A stretch of DNA of 60,591 bases, counting the filler, from Squatina squatina (Eukaryota), in NCBI GenBank assembly GCA_031763465.1. It is 4 parts of 4 records of this genome, joined end to end, with 100 filler letters (N's around TTAATTAATTAA, not from the genome) between each part and the next. Parts side by side here need not be neighbours in the genome. Positions count along the whole stretch, not along the records: positions 1 to 13,102 come from JARFOE010000233.1; positions 13,203 to 26,495 come from JARFOE010000222.1; 2 more parts are not named here. One strand, given 5' to 3'. Position 1 is the stretch's first letter. Every line of letters begins with the position of its first letter. The position numbers and the translations under genes were made by a program. Of the stretch, positions 1 to 13,209 are shown in pieces. The notes under the pieces are model-generated. The model had not been told where the DNA came from, did not search any database, and worked only from the letters and a program-made list of their open reading frames with translations.

Positions 1-665
1 AAAACACACAAACACCATGTCGGTAATCTGCAGCTGTATACCAGAAATCAACCCATATATCCAGCAATCAACCGATCCAGAAAGGGGAACTTTCAAGAGC
101 TAAAAACTTACTGATAATACTTAACCCTTTCTCACCCAAAATACGTAGAAATTTCTGAGAATTGAATTTACAGACTCTTTAGAAAAGACTTCTCCCCCGA
201 ATCCATTAATTAGGCAAAAACAGCATATTAAAAATATATAGTTCTTATGCATTTCAACACATCAAAATGTGAGAGTTGGAGCTGAGTGATGGAATGGAAC
301 TAATACACGCATGTTCATGTTTAATATACAATTTGAATATGTTTTTGATCTACTTAACTAAATAACTGGAGCTCTGATGCAGAACAGTGAGATGTTCAGA
401 GACAAAATTGAACTGTGTGTCTATCAGGGATTTTACAACAATTTTCAGGTACAGAGGCTTCTTTATTCTTACTCATAATTTAATGATTCATAATAGCTTT
501 GTAAAGTCAGTTGGAAACACTTATCTCTGTGTGTGTAACATTCTTTTGATTTCATTCTGCACACTNNNNNNNNNNNNNNNNNNNNNNNNNNNNNNNNNNN
601 NNNNNNNNNNNNNNNNNNNNNNNNNNNNNNNNNNNNNNNNNNNNNNNNNNNNNNNNNNNNNNNNN

Positions 666-814
666 CACTGGATCAGGTGTAACACCAGTTTTAAACCCCG
701 CCTAATATCACTCTCCATTGACTTTAATGAAGAATAATATTGGGCAGACCGTAAAACCGACGTAGCTCAATCTCATCAGTTTCCCGGCGGGTGGGTTAGG
801 TTAAAATTCCCCCC
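666..814. mobile_element. Gap-truncated palindromic MITE (Harbinger/Chompy-like) end
   Basis: Central CCATTGACTTTAATG hairpin motif with partly complementary arms, ending GGTTAAAATTCCCCC; family assignment is inference. Confidence 0.45.
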
Positions 815-1370
815 ACTGATCTTAACTGAAAATGTAATTATTGCAGAGAATCTTTCAGCCTGTGTCTTCAATGTGGCCCAATAGCCAAGGTCCATGCTCT
901 TAGGGCAATAGTTGCTCATGTACTACTGTGCAAGTGGACGATAGGACCATGTTGGCAATTCAAATATGTGTCAACCAGTGTCTTTGAATCTTTGTGTAGG
1001 ATTAGTTTACATGGTTGGGTCAACAATGAGAATCATTAGCTGACCTTACCCATTGAGCAATATATTGGGAAATTATGAACCAGCTTGCTAGGTAAATGGA
1101 GACCAATGCATATATAAGTACTGTCCAAGTTTTGCACTGTCCAAGTCAACAAAATCAAAGTTGGGCAGAGAAAACAATCACACGGACAGGATCAAAACAT
1201 TACTGAGTTTACTGGAAGAAAATTATTTTAGACCAACAGACCTGTGAGCAATTAGTTTTCGTTACGAGCGCTGACGTAATTGTCCAAAGATAATTTATTA
1301 TTATTTGAGGTCAGATCAATTCTGATAAGATCAAATCTCACCAAAGGGAAACAGATTTCACAGGCAAAAC

Positions 1371-1627
1371 GATTTTCATTCACTACAACACAAGTCTAGA
1401 AATTACTGTTGGAGATATCAGCACACAAATGCTTGACAGGTTCCTATGACATTCGTTTGCAATTTTAACATAGGCATTAACCCATTTTTTAAAAATAGGT
1501 TAATGCCGCTGCTAAATTAATGTTCAAAAGAATGTCATATAAACATATTAAGCCTTTACCTACTAATATCTCCAATACTAATTTGTAGACTGTGAAATAC
1601 TATAATAAAGATCAGGAATGAAATTTC
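1371..1627. repeat. Degenerate palindrome / long inverted repeat
   Basis: AGTCTAGAAATTACTGTTGGAGATATCAG (1393-) pairs with CTAATATCTCCAATACTAATTTGTAGACT (-1591); TATGACATTCGTTTG pairs with CAAAAGAATGTCATA; centre GGCATTAACCCATTTTTT|AAAAATAGGTTAATGCC. Confidence 0.85.
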
Positions 1628-1977
1628 ATGGTGCATTTTCTATATAAAACAAATTGCTTATCACATTTGGATAAAAGTCCTTTAATTGTTATTTTAACAT
1701 ATTTTCTTTATTATAAATAGTGCACACAGGAATTTCATCACCTAGGTTTTCAAAGTCAAGTTCCTTCCTCAACCTTTTTGAATTGTCAACCTTATTAAAT
1801 TATAACAGATTTGTTGTTAAATCTCTGAACAGGTTTTTATTGTTATTAAAATGAAGCATTATGCAATGCTAATAGTGAAAGTGAACAAATAAGTACAAAA
1901 ACACTGCAGTTACCTAGCCTGCCACTGACATTTAAAAAAATTGTTCTTTGGGTGTCAGCAATACTGACAAGACACTA

Positions 1978-2242
1978 TGGGCGGCCAATTCGTGGTAAAA
2001 CTTCTAGCGTGAAAGTGGCGCAAAACTGGCGTTAAGCCACTTTTGCCGCTAAAACGCGGGCGCAAAATTTGGGTCCCGTTTTGCACAAGCGTAACATTCA
2101 AGGCCCTGGCATTAGTCGAAACGCGGCGCTGTGATGTCATCATTGCGTGCGCCACCCAAAATGGGCGCCCGTCCAGAATTGCACAGTGTCAGTGTGCACT
2201 AAATCGAGCGGTGACAACACCTGCTTTTTTCAGCGGGGACAC
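1978..2242. mobile_element. GC/CpG-rich non-autonomous DNA element fragment, gap-truncated
   Basis: Abrupt switch from AT-rich to CpG-rich sequence starting GGGCGGCCAATT; GGGCGC/GCGCCC-rich like the elements at 14416 and 19785. Confidence 0.45.
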
Positions 2243-3832
2243 NNNNNNNNNNNNNNNNNNNNNNNNNNNNNNNNNNNNNNNNNNNNNNNNNNNNNNNNNN
2301 NNNNNNNNNNNNNNNNNNNNNNNNNNNNNNNNNNNNNNNNNNAGTTCAGAGGGTGGTAGGTTAGAGTGAATGAGGGGAGCAGAGAAATTAAGACGGCCGA
2401 TGTCACGTCGGCAGTTGGCAATGCAGTTTTCCAGCATTTTCTGTTTGGATTCTAGATTCCAGCATCCGCAGTATTTCACTTCTGCATCATTGCATAAGGT
2501 ATGTTCATTTCTGTATATGCCAGTGGGTTCCCGCAGCCCTCTAGCATCATTGGTGCTGACCCGCTCCAGCTACTCTTGTTGCATTAATTCCCCCAATAAA
2601 ACTTTGGAGATTTCTGCTACAAAGACCTTCGTCTGTACCATTCTGCGCCTATTTGTTTTGAGCTAGTTTGGCCTGAAAACATAAGCAAAGAGTGGTTTCA
2701 CACAAGGCTTTCACAATTGCATATTACTGCTGTATTTCACTCTGATACGCATCACTTCTTGAACTGTACCCGACCCAGTTGTGTATCTTACGGATCTTAC
2801 AGGCTTTATCCTACAACACTTACATTCGTGTCTGGACAGTGTTAAGGGCATACATTGTAACTAACAAGAAATTGTCATAGCTGCTAAGCCTCATTCATGT
2901 CCAGATACTATTAAATATTTTGTTTTCCAGCTGTCAACGACTTCCATGTGTTTCACATTTCACACTTAACAGTGCTACTAAAGTTTAGATCCATTAGTGT
3001 TCAGCCACGGTCTTTTACAGCAGACATATCAGTAACAATTCTTTGATGTGGGCAGTTAGGAATTTTTCGTAGCACGAGTAATGTGCATCTTTTGCTTGAC
3101 ATGTCATTAAAAAAAAATTCCTTTACTTTAGTACTTTTCTTCAGATCATGGCCCAGAAATTGGATTGCAGCAGCATGCTGGTGCAAACTGAGTGAAGGGA
3201 ACAGTCCCTGCACTGGAACAGATAGGTCCGAGACACACCCAATATTGTCTCTTTTTCTGCCTTGACCAATATGGCAGGCAGATATTTTGACGTCCATTTT
3301 TTTGGCGTAAAATGGGCGCAGTGTCAACCAATTTTGAGGCAATGGTAGATTTTCCTTTGTGGTTGCCCACTATCCAGTAGACAGATACAGTGCATCTGTG
3401 ATGCACTATGCCAATAAGGAAGCAGCTGTCCATATGTTTCCTCTCCTGGACCATTTTCATGGCTGAAGGGATCTAGGTGCATGCTCTCGCCGGCTGTTCT
3501 GTACGATCAAAAAAAGGGAATCAGAGCCTGCAGCTGCACACTGGGCCACCAAGATCAAGGCCTGAAATAATTCTGGAATAGATCAAAAAAAATTAACTTG
3601 CTTTATCTTCAGCTAGCTCCAGTCGGCAGGTTCTGGAGGAAGACCATGGTGCCAGGCTCTTGTGGACGCACCTGGGCTGGGCTGTCCAATAAGTGAATCC
3701 TGAGAAAAATCAGGTGGGAGCAACTTGCCCTGCCTCATTATAATAGTTTTGCCTTGTAGGGTAGCTACAGGTAATCTTAGGGCAACGCAATGGGGGAAGT
3801 AGCCTAACATAACTGGTCTCTTCTCCTTTTCC

Positions 3833-5220
3833 ATACACTCTCTGGTTGTGAGGGGAGACTGTGCAAGACCAGAGTTGGAGAACCAATCCAGGTGGAGGTA
3901 TAAGCGCTGGAGAAAGTTATTATAATACAGTGGGGTAAGAACCTGTAGGGGTTTGAAAATGAGGATGACAATTTTAAATTCAAATGCATTATGGAACCAG
4001 AGAGCCAATGTAGATCAGCAAGGACAAAGAATATAGCTCAGCAGGACTTAATGCAGAACAGGATGCAAGCAGATGCATATTGGACAAATTCAGTGAAAGA
4101 TGGGAGACCATCAAGGAGAAAGCAAGTCTAAAGCTGACCAAAGTATGGTAGTAGCATTACGATAGGGATGCAGGTGGTAATATTGTGTAGATGGAAATAA
4201 ATAGTCCTGGTATTGGATCGGTTGTGGAATTTGAAGTTTAGCTCAGGGTCACACAAGGTTTTAGGGTTTTGCATGGTCCCATTCAGGCTCAGCAAATAGC
4301 CAGGTAGAAGGATGGAGTCAGTAGAAAGAGAGCCGAGTTTGTGGCTGGAGCTAAAACAATGGCTTCGATGTTCATTTGGAAGAAATTGTAACATCCATGA
4401 CTTAATATTGGATAGGCAATTAGAAAACACAGAGACAGCATTGGCATCAAGAGAAGTGGTGGAGCGGTAGAGCTGATTGTCATTAGCACAGGAGTGGGAC
4501 CATGGCAGTCTTATGGAGCTAGACAGTGGAGGGGAAGTGATGGAGAAGGATGGTATTGGAAAACCATGTCAATCACTGTGGGGATGTCAAGGAGGTTACA
4601 GAGGAAGACAAGGAGAGATAACGCAACATGTTTGCAAGCACAGAGGATGTAATTCATGGATTTGGCCAGGTGAATTTTGGTGCCATGAGTAGGGTGGAAA
4701 CAGGACTGGAGGGGTTCAAGTAGTCAGTTTTGGGACAGATAGGCATGAAGTTGGGAGGTGAAACATGCTTAAGGATCATAGAGAGGAAAGGATAGTTAGA
4801 GATGGGACACAAGTTGGAGAAGATGGGTAGATCGATGGTCAGTTATTTTGACAAGTTGAGTGATTATGTGGTTTTAAAAGGAGAGAAGCAGTTTCTAAGA
4901 AAAATGAACAATTAACAATGTCCAGTTAGTATGGGAGCCAGGAAAGTTAGTTGAGTGGCCAGGAGTTGAGTGGGCAGGGAATTGAATGAATGATGTGAAT
5001 TTTATAGAAGAAATAAACTTCATGAAGGTAGGTGGGAAATAGTAAAGAAATTGCAGATTGATGGAGATTCAGGGCTATTGTGGTTGGAAAACTGGAGTGG
5101 GGGGTGGGGGAGGTCAGATGCCAGTGAAGGACGGGAAGGTAGCAGCAGAGAAAGTCACACAAATGATCTCAATGAAGATGAAAACATCTATCAGTTCTTC
5201 ATGCTTCTAGCAATTGCTAC
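3833..5220 (-). mobile_element. Degenerate L2 LINE fragments
   Basis: Minus-strand translation FEFKIVILIFKPLQVLTPLY resembles the L2 ORF2 C-terminal FKILILVFKSLHGLAP motif; many stops and frameshifts. Confidence 0.65.
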
Positions 5221-8200
5221 TTTTTGTAGTACAGCATATATGGACTTTACAGTAATATTCACACCTTAACTTTATGTTCTTCTTTATTATTCTTATGCAA
5301 CTTCTTCCTGAATTCCCACCAAAACCTATAAATCATTAACCTGGAACTCACGGTTTTGTGAAAATTCCCAAGCTGGAAACAGCCTTTGCATTTTTGAGGG
5401 CTATCTTCCACCAATAATCAGTTAATAATACTCCATTGGAGAGATTGACAATATGTTCGGGATTACATTGAAAATTGGACTCACATTTTTGTGGCTTTCT
5501 TCATAAACTTTGTGCAATCTATATTTGGATTAATAAACNNNNNNNNNNNNNNNNNNNNNNNNNNNNNNNNNNNNNNNNNNNNNNNNNNNNNNNNNNNNNN
5601 NNNNNNNNNNNNNNNNNNNNNNNNNNNNNNNNNNNNNNCAGTCCCTGCAAGATGGAGGTCCTTTCACAATACAACAGCGCCTCTTGTCAGGTTTGATAAC
5701 AATGGCCGGGCTGGACCTGAGAGAACAGAGTGCTGCAAGTTCAGAGGGAGGTATTTTTGAATGAGTTAAGGGGCACAACTACTTTTGCTGAGATTCTGCT
5801 CCATACATCTACAGCTCTGGAGAAAAAAACCTAACTCGATAGTTTCAAAATTGAAGTAAATAATTCAGACAATACGCAATAGTTACCATTTAAAATAATA
5901 CATTTTGATCCAAGAGAGAAATTGCTGGTGCAAAAAGAATGTGTTGCATGTTAATGCACACAATGTGCTGCTGTACTGTACTGCTTCTGGTGCGTCAGAG
6001 GGTGTGGCCAGCATTTCCTCTCCAGTCTAGTAATTTGCAGGGACCCAACAGCACATCTGCAAGAAATTATCGTGGCATGTCTCCCTGAAGACTTACAATA
6101 TTCATGTGTCTGCATCAGCTTGATCTACTGATTTCTCTCATTCCACTGTGCTAGAGAAACCTTATACAGTTAGTTCCGAAAACACTATGTACAGAATACA
6201 TTACTTATTATCTTCCATCAGCAAAAGTGAATTTTTAGGTTTGAAAGTAATGGTCTCTAAATGGTCGACAGTACATTAAAAAGGTAACACCAGTGCATGC
6301 TTAACGTGAGTGTATACAGGCACCATATACCATTTGTACAGGAAATTCTGTTATCTGATATAGACAAATGAATAGGGGTCTGTTCTAACCAATTGCTGGT
6401 TTCGCTCTTAGCTACCAGCTGTTCTGCTGTGGCAGGTATTCACGATCCCATCTTACAGCATTCATGTGCTATGCATATGGAACCAAGCACTATAAAATTT
6501 GCACAAACTGTACAATACCACATGTGTACGGATTTTTACTTATACCAAGGGTCTTCTATAAGCCTATATTAGTGCAAAAGTGAATGACATTGAAAGGAAG
6601 ATAAGTTCACATATGTAGCCCACTCCCATAAGGCATTNNNNNNNNNNNNNNNNNNNNNNNNNNNNNNNNNNNNNNNNNNNNNNNNNNNNNNNNNNNNNNN
6701 NNNNNNNNNNNNNNNNNNNNNNNNNNNNNNNNNNNNNTATAAATATTATAAGTGGCACATTAACCAATATTTTTGTCAATTATTGGCATAGGATATGAAG
6801 TTATTACTATCCAGAGAACCTCATGAACACATACTAGTTAATATACTATAATGGTTTCTCTTTGAACATGCCATGTTGAATCAAGTGCACAAAGGTCATT
6901 TCCTTGGAAATAACTCAAAGAAATACCATTACTTATAGAAAAACATCTTTGTTCATTATTCAAATTGAGACATTAAATAATGTTCAATGTTTGGTTTTTC
7001 ATTTGAAATTGTTTTTAGGGTTCTTCAGGGGTTTCACCTTTATAGGAAAGGTAACTGTTGGATATAGTCCTCCATTTTTCAAAAATGATTTTTATTTTTT
7101 TTTAAAACTAATGTGTCCTCACTTCTTACCCGAGTTCTTTCTAATCAGCGTCAAAAGCCACAGCCTAGGGTGACTTGCAGAGATCAGTTTCACCAATACG
7201 CAACACTGTGGTATTTCATATGGGAAAGGTAGACGTGGCAAGAGGACTGTTATAAAGTGTGAGTTGGTTGGGCTTAGCTGTAGAGGAGAGAAACCTGTTA
7301 GAAAGAAGGTGTAAGTGGTCCTGATATTACCAGTTCTGTTTTTTTCTGGTGCATCTAATGCTGCACTGCAAGTTCTAACCAGGCTGTAGCCCTATTTAAA
7401 TTGCCTGACTGAAATTTGAACTCTCCTGACCAAAGAGAGTTTAGCACATGCCTGGTTACACACATATGCAGAGCTCCTCTCTTAATAGTTTATTTAAACA
7501 TGTAAAGGAGAAGAAAAAGTTGCATTTGTGTAACAACTTTCACGACCTCAGAATGTTCCAAAGAGCATGGCCAACAGCATCTGCACTGTTTAAACATTTA
7601 AATTAACTCCAGACAGGTTTCAAGAGTGTCTAGAAGGTACAAGGGATGCCCTGGGCAATGTTTAAATTTGGTTTCATGTCATTACTGAAGTTGTACTCCT
7701 TATGGTGCCAAATCTAACTGATGTGAGATTGTGTCTTCCATGGAGACTCAAAATGCTCCTCTTCAGTCAGGTTGGGTCCCAAATACACATTTTAAAACTG
7801 TTCGCTTCCTCCAGCCCTGGTTGACCACATGTGCCTGATGTGTGTTGGGAGAATGCCATTTATCATTGGAAGTAGGTTTGTCGGTTTCATATCTGATCAG
7901 TATTCAACATTCAGGAAAACCAAATCGAAACAGTGCACTGTGTTTGACAATTTGCAGTCCAATTAGAGCAGCTATTAGTCATCAACCAATCCCTACCTTA
8001 GTCCAGCAGACACAGAAATGCACTGAGAGACTCTTTCAAAGATTGATGCCCAATATGTGCTGACCTTAACAGCCAGTTAAACCTGTTAACTCCCAACTGG
8101 CCTGGAGGAGCGNNNNNNNNNNNNNNNNNNNNNNNNNNNNNNNNNNNNNNNNNNNNNNNNNNNNNNNNNNNNNNNNNNNNNNNNNNNNNNNNNNNNNNNN

Positions 8201-8665
8201 NNNNNNNNNNNNNNNNNNNNNNNNNNNNNNNNNNNNNNNNNNNNNNNNNNNNNNNNNNNNNNNNNNNNNNNNNNNNNNNNNNNNNNNNNNNNNNNNNNNN
8301 NNNNNNNNNNNNNNNNNNNNNNNNNNNNNNNNNNNNNNNNNNNNNNNNNNNNNNNNNNNNNNNNNNNNNNNNNNNNNNNNNNNNNNNNNNNNNNNNNNNN
8401 NNNNNNNNNNNNNNNNNNNNNNNNNNNNNNNNNNNNNNNNNNNNNNNNNNNNNNNNNNNNNNNNNNNNNNNNNNNNNNNNNNNNNNNNNNNNNNNNNNNN
8501 NNNNNNNNNNNNNNNNNNNNNNNNNNNNNNNNNNNNNNNNNNNNNNNNNNNNNNNNNNNNNNNNNNNNNNNNNNNNNNNNNNNNNNNNNNNNNNNNNNNN
8601 NNNNNNNNNNNNNNNNNNNNNNNNNNNNNNNNNNNNNNNNNNNNNNNNNNNNNNNNNNNNNNNNN

Positions 8666-9579
8666 CAGGGATAGCACAGGGGTGCAGCTGAGGAGGGGAG
8701 GGGAGGGGTGATATGGAGCCAGGGATAGCACAGTGGTGCAGCGGCGGGGGGTGGAAAGCACACGGCTGCGGCCCGTGACTTTCTGCGCAGCAAAATGCAT
8801 TGGCAGCAAATCACCGGCTGTGCGTCCACGAAACCCCGGGAAGCGGCGTCGCTTGCTCGCAGGCAGTGCCGGCTGCTGACCCCTCGAGAAGGGGCCATTC
8901 CCAAGCCTTTTATCGAAAACGGATACAAGTAGAGATACAACTTTGGATGTCGTTCTCCGCTTATTTAAGATCACTTCACTTCATTGAAATAAAAACTGGA
9001 AAAAACAAGAGGGAAAAGTCGCTGTTCGATCCCTCTGCCGTTTGGTTTGCACCCCCCAGTGGAGCTGCTTGAAGTGTGTGCGGGCGAGCTGAGTGAGGGC
9101 GCTGCTCGCCTCTGGAGCTGAGTCCTCCCCTAAAGCCACGTGCTTGCTCTGGCTCCCCATTGACAGCAGCCAGTGAAAAGCCCCTGGTCGCCCCGCAGCC
9201 TCTCAGTCTCAGCTCGCCGGACTGGCGGCTTTTTGCAAAGATCCTGGGCACGCTTCAAGGTCTCTTAAAACAGGACACCTTTTTTTTTTCCCCCAGCCTT
9301 TACATTCATTGCATTTTTTCCCCCTTCCCCTACCCAGATGGTTCTTAGTGGGTCCTCCGCTTGCATTTCCTCCGCTAAAACAAAGTTTTAAAACTTTTTT
9401 TAGAAACAAAAAAAAGTCATACTTTTACCAGATTTTTTTTTAAAAAAGGAAGAACTGAGAGGAGCCCGAGTTATAAAGTGATCCGCTAATCTCATCAACA
9501 GGCTGTGAAGTTATTCTTTTAAAACAAAACTTGATCTGGAAATCCTTCAAAAAGCCAAAGGAGCGAGTGTGTTCCCAGG
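8666..9579 (+). promoter_or_regulatory. CpG-rich promoter/5'UTR region of FBN2
   Basis: Locally high GC and CpG without repeat hallmarks, immediately upstream of the FBN2 ATG; TSS cannot be determined. Confidence 0.55.
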
Positions 9580-9761
9580 ATGGGGATACAGTGCTGTTGG
9601 AAGTTTCTGCTGGGATGTATGGCAATAGCAGGCATCGCGGTGGAAAAAGTGACGGGACAGCAATATCCAAGAGACTTTGAAGCTCAAAGATTCAATCCAA
9701 ATGAAATGAGGGAAGCAGCCAACAGAGTGAGAAGAAGAGGACAGCAGGATATGCTCAGAGG
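9580..9761 (+). CDS. FBN2: Fibrillin-2 coding exon 1 (signal peptide, propeptide, furin site)
   Basis: MGIQCCWKFLLGCMAIAGIAV...NRVRRRGQQDMLRG matches recalled FBN2 RVRRRGQQDVLRG; phase-2 GT donor at 9762. Confidence 0.92.
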
Positions 9762-10853
9762 GTATACACATGATTATTTTTTTAAAGCAAAAAATACATA
9801 GGATTAAATATTCGTAATTTTGTTCAAAACCCAGGTAGGGACTGGAATATTAACGTAACGTACTGCGGTTATTGTGTTTCAGTGCAAAAGCAGACGTCCC
9901 TCTGAACTGTCACCCACGTAAATTTTACAGTAAATGAGCATTGAGTGCATTCTTAGCGATTTCCCTGATTTGTATACAGAAATCCTCGCTAGTCAGTGTT
10001 TATGTGTAACAGTGATCATCTCTGCACGTAGTCAGATTTTATCAGAAAGTAAAATAAAGAGGGAATGCCGAAAATACACAGATCTGTCATCATNNNNNNN
10101 NNNNNNNNNNNNNNNNNNNNNNNNNNNNNNNNNNNNNNNNNNNNNNNNNNNNNNNNNNNNNNNNNNNNNNNNNNNNNNNNNNNNNNNNNNNNNNNNNNNN
10201 NNNNNNNNNNNNNNNNNNNNNNNNNNNNNNNNNNNNNNNNNNNNNNNNNNNNNNNNNNNNNNNNNNNNNNNNNNNNNNNNNNNNNNNNNNNNNNNNNNNN
10301 NNNNNNNNNNNNNNNNNNNNNNNNNNNNNNNNNNNNNNNNNNNNNNNNNNNNNNNNNNNNNNNNNNNNNNNNNNNNNNNNNNNNNNNNNNNNNNNNNNNN
10401 NNNNNNNNNNNNNNNNNNNNNNNNNNNNNNNNNNNNNNNNNNNNNNNNNNNNNNNNNNNNNNNNNNNNNNNNNNNNNNNNNNNNNNNNNNNNNNNNNNNN
10501 NNNNNNNNNNNNNNNNNNNNNNNNNNNNNNNNNNNNNNNNNNNNNNNNNNNNNNNNNNNNNNNNNNNNNNNNNNNNNNNNNNNNNNNTCTTCAAAAAGTA
10601 GCCTATACTTCGTTACTTGCCAAGTTTCCATTCATCTGCATATTATTTGTCATAGAAGGTCATTTTGGAAAAATCGGTAACTTTATCTTTATGCATGAAA
10701 CATAAATTGGTTTTTCATACATTTTCTCTGTCGTTTATAATTAAGCGAGAAGTTGGTTGTGCTTTTACTTAATCTGTGACTCTTAACTATTTTTCCTTTG
10801 CAAGTGTTCTGTTTAAAGTGTTATGGTTTTGATTTTCAATGTATGCATCACAG

Positions 10854-10936
10854 GCCAAATGTCTGTGGATCTCGATTTCACTCCTACTGCTGCCCGGGAT
10901 GGAAAACGTTACCTGGTGGAAACCAGTGCATTGTCC
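10854..10936 (+). CDS. FBN2: Fibrillin-2 exon 2
   Basis: cag|..[27 protein letters not shown]|gtaag; 83 nt; phases fit exons 1 and 3. Confidence 0.97.
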
Positions 10937-11448
10937 GTAAGTTCTGTTATTCCAAATCATGTGATTTTACATTTTGTACAGTGGGATGTGATATTATATG
11001 GTGCAATGTAATATTTGAACATATGGCAATGTTTAAATGAAATATCATGATACAGCTTGTATGAAAAAAAAAACATCTGGACATAATAAATGTAAAAGAG
11101 TTATGAGAAATATGTTCATATATTATNNNNNNNNNNNNNNNNNNNNNNNNNNNNNNNNNNNNNNNNNNNNNNNNNNNNNNNNNNNNNNNNNNNNNNNNNN
11201 NNNNNNNNNNNNNNNNNNNNNNNNNNTCGCAGAATTTCCATGATAGCTAAGGAAAGGCAAATTGTTATACTAACACAAACCTCTAATTGCACTAAACACA
11301 TTTGGATGTAACCATATGTTTCTAGGAAAATTTTGACCCACAATTTTGTATAATTATCAATTTTTGCTTATTACATAGCCAATGATTTAGAAATCAGCTT
11401 CATCACTTTGCTGTTCACTCCAACTCACTGTGTACATAATTCCGCTTT

Positions 11449-12119
11449 GACCCGGATTTTGTGGTCAGCGGCGAATGAACGGCACGTGCTGTTCATTATA
11501 CTTACATTTGCCCANNNNNNNNNNTGATTTTAACTCAGGCCTGAGCAGGGAATCCACCTGTGGTTAAAATCAGGGCCACGCAATGTAAACCAGGAAGTGC
11601 AAGTTGGAATATTTAACTCAATACCAAATCATGTACAGAAAGTGAAAGAGAGAAGGAAAGAAAGCTGGGATTAAGAGAAAGAGACAGAAAGAAAAAGTTT
11701 TTTTTAAGTTTTTGTTTTAATTTTTTTTAATTCTCCAGCAATAATTAAAATCTGAAGGGTGAATCTCCACATTTTTAAAAGTAAATTTCAGTGCCGGAGA
11801 GGTTGTTTGTCAATAATTAAGACTTACCATAGCATTAAAAATTCAGTTTCACCTATAGCCCCAACTTTTTCTGGCGTGTTTAGTGTGTATCTAATGGGTA
11901 AGTACCAAAGCTTCACGCCCTTCATGTGTTTCAATGCCGAGTTTCTAGGCGAGATACTGTCATAGCAAAGCTTCTGGAGGAGCAGGTCAACTCGGACAGC
12001 AACTTCCGGATTGCCGCGTTTAACTGCACATGTGTGGACACGAGAAGTTGCTGTCCAATTTACTCCTTAATAACGGTGAACACTGATGGCCTCACCATTA
12101 TTTTTGATGCACCCGGGCC
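11449..12119. mobile_element. Non-autonomous TIR DNA element in FBN2 intron 2
   Basis: CCCGG...CCGGG termini; internal purine-rich tract shared with 37185-37801; 3' part shared with the palindromic MITE at 33635. Confidence 0.65.
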
Positions 12120-12221
12120 AATGTATAATCAGAACCAGCAAATATTCTCTGTAATCTCATAAATCCCTCACTTGAGAATGAAACTTCTTCATCACATTTG
12201 TCTACTGCTTCTCACCTGCAG

Positions 12222-12320
12222 CTATTTGTCGAAACACCTGTGGTGATGGATTCTGTTCACGACCCAACATGTGTACCTGCTCCAATGGACAGATCTCGCC
12301 CAATTGTGGGACTAAATCTC
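12222..12320 (+). CDS. FBN2: Fibrillin-2 exon 3 (EGF-like 1)
   Basis: cag|(P)[32 protein letters not shown]|gtagg; 99 nt, phase 1-1, six Cys. Confidence 0.97.
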
Positions 12321-12705
12321 GTAGGTTTCTAAGCATATTCTTTTACCAACTTAGAACTCTTGTTACCTGCATGTAGTACTGTGCTAGCTGAGTGACATTT
12401 TAGATTATGTACCTCAGCAACGCACACAAAAAATTAAAAAATATGAAGTGCAATGCAGTATGTTATGTAACAATGCTATTGTATTAAATAAAGGGATTGA
12501 TGATTAAAGCTTTTCTATAATTCACTTAATTGTAAGAAACTGTACTGGCTTGGTCTATATTGTAAGGAGAATCGGCCTGATCTTTTCATAAAACTTTACA
12601 TTGAAAGAATCATAATTAGTGGCACAGATACCATGCTATGATTGTAACCATCATTTCCACTGTGGTACTTGTGGGAGATTCATGGTAAATGAATATCTTT
12701 TATAG

Positions 12706-12801
12706 TTCAACAGTGCAATATCAGATGCATGAATGGAGGGAATTGTGCAGAAGACCATTGCCAGTGCCAGAAAGGATACACAGGAACTCACTGTGGACAA
12801 C
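12706..12801 (+). CDS. FBN2: Fibrillin-2 exon 4 (EGF-like 2); gene truncated by scaffold end
   Basis: tag|(L)[31 protein letters not shown]|gtaag; 96 nt, phase 1-1. Confidence 0.97.
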
Positions 12802-13102
12802 GTAAGTAGATTTTACTGATGGATATGTGATATAAGTCACAGTTCAACAACAAGATTACAATGAACCACTGCAGTCCATTGCTAAGAAGGTTTTGACATC
12901 AAATTCCACATTCAGATTTAATAATTTGTAATCTGTAGATACATTTTTTGCTGTCTTTAGCTCTTTTATAAATGCTGTTATGGAAAATAAATGTGTTACT
13001 CAATAAACTGTGAGGTAAGAATTCTTCTGGTCACTATATGTAACAATGTTGTAAATGTGTTTATGAAGATATCCCGTGTTCAACATTTGCAAAAACACAT
13101 TT

Positions 13103-13202
13103 NNNNNNNNNNNNNNNNNNNNNNNNNNNNNNNNNNNNNNNNNNNNTTAATTAATTAANNNNNNNNNNNNNNNNNNNNNNNNNNNNNNNNNNNNNNNNNN
13201 NN
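13103..13202. other. Artificial scaffold linker
   Basis: N44-TTAATTAATTAA-N44, stops in all six frames. Confidence 0.97.
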
Positions 13203-13209
13203 ATTCTAC

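Noticed and set aside
3001-3460. Overlapping ~110-aa minus-strand ORFs as a neighbouring gene such as SLC27A6
   Set aside because: No recognisable similarity or splice structure; contains repeat-like GCGCCCATTTT sequence
8066-10680. Long ORFs (up to 466 aa) here and at 22229-22997 and 38601-40009
   Set aside because: They are read-throughs of N gaps (poly-X), not genes
13147-13158. Recurrent palindrome TTAATTAATTAA as a biological motif
   Set aside because: Always centred in exactly 44+44 Ns; an artificial six-frame-stop linker
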